From NCBI GenBank assembly GCA_043827405.1, contig JBDRPD010000091.1, positions 1 to 42,417 of the forward strand: a stretch of DNA of 42,417 bases, read 5' to 3'. This document shows positions 36,891-42,417 of the stretch, one piece after another. Made by a program: the position numbers and the translations under genes. The stretch comes from Elusimicrobiota bacterium. GTDB taxonomy: Bacteria > Elusimicrobiota > Elusimicrobia > UBA1565. Each line of letters starts with the position of its first letter. Within the stretch, counting starts at the first letter, position 1. The notes below the pieces were generated by a model. That model made no database searches, was not told the DNA's origin, and saw only the letters and a program-made list of their open reading frames with translations.

Positions 36891-37895
36891 ATGGACATCA
36901 TCCAACACCTGCGCGACAGCGCGCGAAAAAATCCCAAGCGGATCGTCCTGCCCGAGGGCGAAGAAATCCGGACGATCCGAGCCGCCTCCGCTCTCACCCT
37001 AGAGGGGATGGCGGAAGCCTTTCTGCTCGGCAAAGCAGACCGCATCCGGCAGACCGCGGAAAAGGATTCGATCGACATCTCCAAAACACAGATCATCGAT
37101 CCCGACCAAGACCCGCGCCGAGAGGAGTACATAGAGACTTTCTTCGAAAAGCGCAAGCACAAGGGCATCGAGAAGGACGAGGTCGCCCGCCTCATGTCGG
37201 ACCCCATCCACTTCGGCACCATGATGCTCGACGCCGATCATGTCGACGGCTTCCTCGCCGGCGCCATCCACGCCACCGGGGACACCATCCGTCCGGCCCT
37301 GCAGATCATCAAGCCGGCGCCGGGCGTGCGGGCCATCTCGAGCTTCTTTATCATGGTGGTGCCCAACTGCAAGCTCGGCGACAACGGCGTCATCCTGATG
37401 GCGGACTGCGCGATCAACCCCGCGCCGCCGCCGGCCAAGCTCGCCCTCATCGCCATCTCCACCGCCAAGATGGGCAAAGCCCTATGCGGCATGGACCCCA
37501 AGGTCGCCATGCTCTCCTTCTCCACCATGGGCAGCGCCGAGCACGAAACCGTCGACCAGGTGCGCAAAGCCCTGGAGATCGCCAAGCAGAAGGCGCCGGA
37601 GCTGGCGATCGACGGCGAGATGCAGGCCGACGCCGCCTTGGTCCCGGAGATCGGCAAGCGCAAAGCGCCCAACAGCCCGGTCGCGGGGCAGGCCAATGTC
37701 CTGATCTTCCCCGACCTGCAAAGCGCCAATATCGGCTACAAGCTGGTGCAGCGCCTGTGCGGCGCCGAGGCCATCGGCCCGATCCTGCAGGGCTTCAACA
37801 AGCCGGTCAATGACCTGTCGCGCGGCGCGAGCGTCGACGATATCGTGACCTTGGCCTGCGTGACGGGAATTCAGGCGGACTCGTCGCTGCGCTAG
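36891..37895 (+). CDS. pta: Phosphate acetyltransferase
   Basis: RIVLPEGE, RPALQIIK, ADCAINP, AMLSFST, IDGEMQADAA, FPDLQSANIGYKLVQR, GPILQG..KPVNDLSRG. Confidence 0.96.
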   Translation: MDIIQHLRDSARKNPKRIVLPEGEEIRTIRAASALTLEGMAEAFLLGKADRIRQTAEKDSIDISKTQIIDPDQDPRREEYIETFFEKRKHKGIEKDEVARLMSDPIHFGTMMLDADHVDGFLAGAIHATGDTIRPALQIIKPAPGVRAISSFFIMVVPNCKLGDNGVILMADCAINPAPPPAKLALIAISTAKMGKALCGMDPKVAMLSFSTMGSAEHETVDQVRKALEIAKQKAPELAIDGEMQADAALVPEIGKRKAPNSPVAGQANVLIFPDLQSANIGYKLVQRLCGAEAIGPILQGFNKPVNDLSRGASVDDIVTLACVTGIQADSSLR

Positions 37896-37943
37896 CTCCG
37901 ACGACGATCTAGGCCCTAGGGCCCAAATAGTACGGGCACCGAC

Positions 37944-37977
37944 GGCACCTGACAGGTGCCCGCCCCGGCGCTATCCT
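37944..37977 (+). promoter_or_regulatory. Promoter CTGACA-N17-TATCCT overlapped by palindrome GGCACCTG-A-CAGGTGCC
   Basis: Perfect 8-bp inverted repeat at 37944-37960 centred on the -35. The -10 ends 7 nt before ATG 37985. Confidence 0.55.
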
Positions 37978-37984
37978 ATGAATA

Positions 37985-38617
37985 ATGAAGAGAGCGCCGA
38001 TCCTCGCCGCCCTGCTGCTGTCGCTGCCGGCCGCCGCGCGCGCGCAAAACGTCGTCCATACCCACGTACCGGTTTACAACCTGCGCACCTCGGCCGCCGC
38101 CGGAGCCGCCGCCGCCGGTTCGACGCTGCATTCCGGCTTGAGCGTCTTCTCCAGCGGAGTGATCTCCAACACTTTCAAGAACATGCTGCAGCCGCCGCTG
38201 GCCACCGCCTACGCGGCCACGCAGAGCTACTACGCGCAAGCCGTCCGCGGCACCAAGAGGGTTTTTACCGCCGGCGGCAGCATCTTCAGCTACCGGCCGT
38301 CGAAAGAGGTGGTCCAAGTCGCCAAGACCCTGAATATGCCGCAGTCCCGCGAGCAAGAGCATACGGGCAACCTGATCGGCAAGCCCCGCCGGCGCTCCGA
38401 CTTCGGCGCCGGCGATAATGAAGATTTCTTCGTTCCCAACGATCTGCTCGACGGCGGGGCCTTAAAGCGCGAGCTGGACGGCGTTCCCACCTCGCGCGCG
38501 GCCCTCGAGAGCGCGGCGCAGCGGGTAAAATCGCTCCAACACCGCGTCGGCAGCAGCGACCTCGACGTCCTAAACGAAAACTCCTTTACCTTCGACGGAC
38601 AGCACGCCGCTCAGTAG
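37985..38617 (+). CDS. Secreted Ala-rich hypothetical protein
   Basis: Signal peptide MKRAPILAALLLSLPAAARA. Low-complexity mature part ending FTFDGQHAAQ. Confidence 0.7.
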   Translation: MKRAPILAALLLSLPAAARAQNVVHTHVPVYNLRTSAAAGAAAAGSTLHSGLSVFSSGVISNTFKNMLQPPLATAYAATQSYYAQAVRGTKRVFTAGGSIFSYRPSKEVVQVAKTLNMPQSREQEHTGNLIGKPRRRSDFGAGDNEDFFVPNDLLDGGALKRELDGVPTSRAALESAAQRVKSLQHRVGSSDLDVLNENSFTFDGQHAAQ

Positions 38618-39525
38618 ATCCGGTAATCCGGCACGCGCCGCAGGCAGTTGCGCACGTCCACCACGCCGCGGTCGAACGCTCGCCGGCACTCCTCCTTGCG
38701 AAAAGAGAACACTCCGATATTGAGCGGGCGCGCCGGCGTGAACTCAAACGCCCGGATACCGTGCTCGGGCGCCATCAACCGCAGCGAAGCGAGCGAGTTA
38801 TCGATCTGCCCCTGCAGCATATGCTCCACCAAAGTCGAAACGTAGCCGCCCACGTTGTAGCGCGGCCGCGCCAGCGATGTTTTGGCCGCCACGCTCACGA
38901 ACAGAAAGTCGCGGGCGCCGCGCTCGACCATGCGCGGCAGATCGACGAACGAGGTCAGATGGCCGTCCACCAGCACCTTGCGCGGCGCTCCGCCGCACGC
39001 GGGGATTTTGACGGGAGGAAACAGGAAGGGCACCGCGACCGAGCCGAGCAGGTGCTCAAGCAGCGGCGCGTCCCAGGGACCGTCCGGCTCGGGAGAGTAC
39101 TCCGCCTGATCGAGGCCGCGGCACAGATCCGCGCTCATAACGTAAAACCAGCAGCGCGGGCTGCGCCGGCAGGCTTCCTCATCCACAAACGTCCTTAGAT
39201 AGCTGCGAATCGCCTGCTGTGAATAGATGCTGGGAGGCCGCAGCCGCGGCGCGAGCCGCATGAACAGACCGCCGGGAATGTCGCGCCACAGTTCGCGCAG
39301 ATTATCCGTCTTGTTTTGGAAGTAGCCGACGCCGTTAAGACAGCCGGCGCTGGTCCCGGCCACCGAATGAAACGAGAAGCCGTACTCCTTCTCCAAGGCA
39401 TAGAGAACGCCGCCCTGCCAGCTGCCCAGAGCGGCGCCGCCCGAAAGGATCAGAGCCGTCGGCCGGCTGCCTAGGGGGGCGTCCCCAAGATCCGGTCCGT
39501 GTAGGTGATCGCCCATTCGTTCCAT
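38611..39525 (-). CDS. Patatin-like phospholipase (start uncertain)
   Basis: LSGGAALG, GTSAG, SVAVPFLFPP, and VDGH in place of DGG. Confidence 0.88.
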   Translation of the reverse strand: MERMGDHLHGPDLGDAPLGSRPTALILSGGAALGSWQGGVLYALEKEYGFSFHSVAGTSAGCLNGVGYFQNKTDNLRELWRDIPGGLFMRLAPRLRPPSIYSQQAIRSYLRTFVDEEACRRSPRCWFYVMSADLCRGLDQAEYSPEPDGPWDAPLLEHLLGSVAVPFLFPPVKIPACGGAPRKVLVDGHLTSFVDLPRMVERGARDFLFVSVAAKTSLARPRYNVGGYVSTLVEHMLQGQIDNSLASLRLMAPEHGIRAFEFTPARPLNIGVFSFRKEECRRAFDRGVVDVRNCLRRVPDYRIY

Positions 39526-39736
39526 GCCGCCAAACTAGAATAGCCGTACGCCAGCAAAGCCGCCAGCGGCTGAGTCTTCAGGTATACGAAGTATTGAACC
39601 GCCGTCATTCGCGTGGAGCCGTATTGAACCTCAGTGTCAGATTTAGCGTGCTTTCCGCGGAACGCGGACTCGGCGGGCGCCCCCATTACTGTCCGGGGAC
39701 CTAAAAAGCCCGCGACGGGCGGGCTTTCAGCATTAC
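39481..39736 (-). ncRNA. Candidate structured RNA (~220-255 nt), either a leader of the patatin gene or 6S-like
   Basis: Strong promoter upstream. Long-range 5'/3' arm pairing with many G-U pairs only on the minus strand. GGTTCAATAC occurs twice. Confidence 0.5.
39703..39727 (-). terminator. GC hairpin with U5 (terminator of the yaeQ-BI1-TPR operon, or 5' stem of the candidate RNA)
   Basis: AAAGCCCGC-CCGTC-GCGGGCTTT TT on the minus strand. Confidence 0.6.
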
Positions 39737-39742
39737 GGGGTG

Positions 39743-39771
39743 AGTATAGGGTGCGAACCTATTTTTGTCAA
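39743..39771 (-). promoter_or_regulatory. Sigma70-type promoter TTGACA-N17-TATACT
   Basis: -35 at 39771-39766 (contains the TGA stop of the upstream gene) and -10 at 39748-39743. Confidence 0.75.
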
Positions 39772-41096
39772 GGGGGCTGAATCGCACCCTTCTTCGCCGC
39801 GATAAGATAGACGCCGCCCGCGGCGCAGAGGGCGGCGAGCAGAATGCCCCCGGCCAGCGTCCACGGCAGCGCCTCGCCGCCCTCCGTCGCGGAGGCCGCG
39901 AAAAAAAGCGCGGCGGCCGGCGGCGCCGCCGGATCGAAAAGCGCCCCCCCGGATTGCGCCATGCGCGCCAATGAGGCAAACCGGGCGGGAGCGCGCGCGG
40001 CGGCGGCGGCGGCGTCGCGCTTCTTGTCTTCTTCCCGGCCCAGGCGCTCGTAGGCGTAGGCGCGCAGCACGAAAGCCAGGCTGCGCGACGGGTCGGCGTT
40101 GATCGCCTCGGTCGCGGTGTCCGCCGCCGCGTCATACTTCTCCTGATAAAGCTGGGCGAGCGCCAGGCTCTCATAGACCTCCGGCCCGCGCATGCCCAGG
40201 CGCAGCGCTTCGCGGGACGCGGCCTCCGCCTCGGCGAACCGGCCGAGGCGGTTGAGCAGCATCGCCTGCAGGTGGCGTACGCGCGGATCGTCGGCACGCA
40301 GCTCGGCCAGACGCACGGCGCTGCCGAGAGCGAGGACGTACTTCCCGGTCCGCATATTGGTCATGGCGGACTTGATCAGCGCCGACTCCTCCAGGCTCTC
40401 CCGCCGGGTCTCCCCCCGCTCCGACTTCCCCGTATAGTCGAAAGGCGTAAACGTCCAGCGCGGGCCCTTGCCCACATAGTCCACGTCCTGTACCGGCGCG
40501 CCGGCCGGCACGCCGGCCGCCGGCGCACCGCCGCTCTGTTCGCCGCCGAGCTTATCGGGGGTGACGACGTACTGCTTGGCGCTTGGCCGCGCCGGCCCCG
40601 GCGCCGGCTTCTCACGGATCTTCCAACGCTGCGGATCGACGCGTCCCTGGCCGAGCGCGGAAGGCGGCTTATTGTAGATGACCTCTCCCGTGCTCCCCCC
40701 CCGCACCTGCTCGGCGCGGCCGTAGACCCCCGCCATCGGATCGACGGGCGGGCGCGGAGCGAGATCCTCCAGCCGCACGGCTTTTTGCCGGCCTCCCGGA
40801 TGCGTCTCTTCGTTGAAGGCGCGGTCGCCGGGCTGGATCTGCTTGCGCACGCCGTCGAACTCGCGCTGCTTGTCGCGCAGCTGGCGGCGCGCCATCTCGA
40901 GCTGGCGCTGCGCCCTGAGTCGTTGGTAGGTATCGCCCGTGCGCTGCACGCGCTCTTCGAAGCGCTGCACTGTGTCGCGCGCGGCCGCCAGCTCTTTCTT
41001 CTTCTGCTGATATTCCTCGTAGCTGACGCCGGTATCCGCGGCGAAGGCGGCGCCGAAAAACAGGACGCAGCACAAGATCGAGGAAGCCGTGCGCAC
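39768..41096 (-). CDS. Exported coiled-coil/TPR protein with C-terminal TM anchor
   Basis: Signal peptide from GTG 41096, coiled coil, Pro-rich linker, about 4 TPRs, and C-terminal TM followed by KK. Confidence 0.72.
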   Translation of the reverse strand: MRTASSILCCVLFFGAAFAADTGVSYEEYQQKKKELAAARDTVQRFEERVQRTGDTYQRLRAQRQLEMARRQLRDKQREFDGVRKQIQPGDRAFNEETHPGGRQKAVRLEDLAPRPPVDPMAGVYGRAEQVRGGSTGEVIYNKPPSALGQGRVDPQRWKIREKPAPGPARPSAKQYVVTPDKLGGEQSGGAPAAGVPAGAPVQDVDYVGKGPRWTFTPFDYTGKSERGETRRESLEESALIKSAMTNMRTGKYVLALGSAVRLAELRADDPRVRHLQAMLLNRLGRFAEAEAASREALRLGMRGPEVYESLALAQLYQEKYDAAADTATEAINADPSRSLAFVLRAYAYERLGREEDKKRDAAAAAARAPARFASLARMAQSGGALFDPAAPPAAALFFAASATEGGEALPWTLAGGILLAALCAAGGVYLIAAKKGAIQPP

Positions 41097-41101
41097 CGGC
41101 G

Positions 41102-41851
41102 TCAGTCCCGGCTGCGAAGCTTCGAGAGCAGGCGCAGGATCTCGACGTAGAGCCACACCAGAGTCACGATGAGGCCGAAAGCGGCATACCACTCCATGTA
41201 TTTCGGAGCGTTGGTTTCACAGCCCGCCTCGATAAAGTCGAAGTCCAGGACGAGGTTGAGCGCCGCGATCACAACGACGAAGCAGGAGAAACCGATGCCC
41301 ATAAGCCCGCTGCCGTGGATATACGGGATCGAGATGCCGAAGAAGCCCAGGATGAAGGTCGCCATATAGATCATGAAGACCCCGCCCATGGCGGCGAAGA
41401 GCCCGAGCTTGAAGTTCTCGGTAGCCCGGATCAGGCCCGTCTTGTACGCAAGCAGCAGGCCGAAGAGCGTCCCGAAAGTGAGGCCGACGGCCTGGATAAC
41501 AATGCCCGGAAACCGCGCCTCGAGCGTGGCCGAGAGCCCGCCAAGAAATAAGCCTTCGAGCAAGGCGTAGACCGGCGCCGTCACCGGCGACCAGGTCTTC
41601 TTGAATATCGTCACCAGCGCGGCGATAAATCCCCCGAGCGCGCCGAGCAGCATCAGTCCCTGCGCGCCGCCCTGATTCCCCGCGAAGAACTGGCTCCAGG
41701 CGAAAGACGCCGTCAGCACGCAGCAGCAGAGGAGGATGCCCGTCTTATTGACGGTGCCGTTGAGGGTCATCCCTTCGGCGTACTCCTGTCCCATCATGCG
41801 GCCGTATTCGGAAAAGGTCTTTTTGTTAAGCGCCGGATTCGCTGTCCTCAT
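41102..41851 (-). CDS. Bax inhibitor-1/YccA family membrane protein
   Basis: MRTANPAL, MTLNGTVNKT, YALLEGLFLG, NLVLDFDFIE, APKYMEWYAAFGL..TLVWLY.EILRLL. AGGAG RBS. Confidence 0.92.
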   Translation of the reverse strand: MRTANPALNKKTFSEYGRMMGQEYAEGMTLNGTVNKTGILLCCCVLTASFAWSQFFAGNQGGAQGLMLLGALGGFIAALVTIFKKTWSPVTAPVYALLEGLFLGGLSATLEARFPGIVIQAVGLTFGTLFGLLLAYKTGLIRATENFKLGLFAAMGGVFMIYMATFILGFFGISIPYIHGSGLMGIGFSCFVVVIAALNLVLDFDFIEAGCETNAPKYMEWYAAFGLIVTLVWLYVEILRLLSKLRSRD

Positions 41852-41882
41852 GCGTTCTCTCCTGTGTTTCGGCCCCTGAATT

Positions 41883-42416
41883 TTAGCACTTCAGCATGTC
41901 GACCATGCAGAGCTGCTCGTTGACCACGAGGTTCAGGCTCGAATCGTTGGCCTCGCCGACGATCTCGGTTTTCTCGGACAGGCAGCGCATCCACTCCACA
42001 AAAGCGCCGTCCGGCCAGCACAGAATCCGCACCCGCTCCGACTTTCCGACCTTGGCCTGCAGCGTCTCGCGGTAGGCTCGCGCGCCGCGCGGGTGCTCCT
42101 TGAGCACCACGACGCGGGCTTCCGGCCAGCGCCGCAGGACTTTTCCCAACTTGTGATCGCTGGTGTTGCCGCACTCTACCCAGGTCGCGACCGAGCCGGT
42201 GATATCGCTTCCCAGCAGGTCCGGGCGGAAGGATTGGCCGGTCAGGGCCGCAGTCTTTAGGCCGGGGTCGACGATGAGTTCCTCGTCCCAAAACAGCAGG
42301 TAGGCCGCGAGCTTGAGCCCCAGGTGCTCGGGCGTCTCATTCTCAACCGCGGCCAGCACCAGCTTGCGCGAGGCGCTGTTGACCTGGAGATCGGCGCGGA
42401 TTTTCAGCGGGAACAT
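41883..42416 (-). CDS. yaeQ: YaeQ family protein
   Basis: ETPEHLGLKLAAYLLF, RPDL, WVECG, KLGK pattern (PD-(D/E)XK-like YaeQ). Start is at the window edge. Confidence 0.72.
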   Translation of the reverse strand: MFPLKIRADLQVNSASRKLVLAAVENETPEHLGLKLAAYLLFWDEELIVDPGLKTAALTGQSFRPDLLGSDITGSVATWVECGNTSDHKLGKVLRRWPEARVVVLKEHPRGARAYRETLQAKVGKSERVRILCWPDGAFVEWMRCLSEKTEIVGEANDSSLNLVVNEQLCMVDMLKC

Positions 42417-42417
42417 C

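Noticed and set aside
39471..39686. 71-aa minus-strand ORF
   Set aside because: No RBS or recognisable motif, and the region is better explained by RNA structure. Not fully excluded.
39474..39790. tmRNA, SRP RNA, RNase P or tRNA in this intergenic region
   Set aside because: No T-arm/CCA end, no SRP GGAA-loop/AGCAG motif and no GAGGAAAGTCC.

Overview
GC-rich bacterial chromosomal segment with about 36 real genes. The style of the secreted proteins suggests Elusimicrobiota, but this is unverified inference. No rRNA, tRNA, CRISPR array or transposase was seen. Ordinary genes include a SMUG1-type uracil-DNA glycosylase, lnt, an RluA-family synthase, plsC, dut, pta, YceH, YccA/BI-1, YaeQ, a patatin, PilZ, a PAS-GGDEF protein, two histidine kinases and several TPR proteins. 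The standout locus is 14847-26885. There, one 3386-aa ORF fuses in rearranged order most components of a MoxR/Bat operon (Ig/DUF4381-like, BatA VWA, BatC TPR, BatB VWA, DUF58) with a triple helical repeat I cannot assign to a family. It is followed by a MoxR AAA+ ATPase with a ~300-aa N-terminal extension. Both proteins begin with a signal peptide and an Ala-rich leader sharing a 19-aa motif, and the domain junctions show a recurring Gly-then-hydrophobic motif suggestive of polyprotein processing. Other points of interest: a short divergent sigma-54-like factor coupled to a sensor kinase, two sigma70-promoter-driven candidate ncRNAs (26898-26998 and 39481-39736, both minus), a pair of oppositely oriented stem-loop elements (9712-9864), and many apparently leaderless genes. 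Family assignments come from motif recognition by eye, not database searches.
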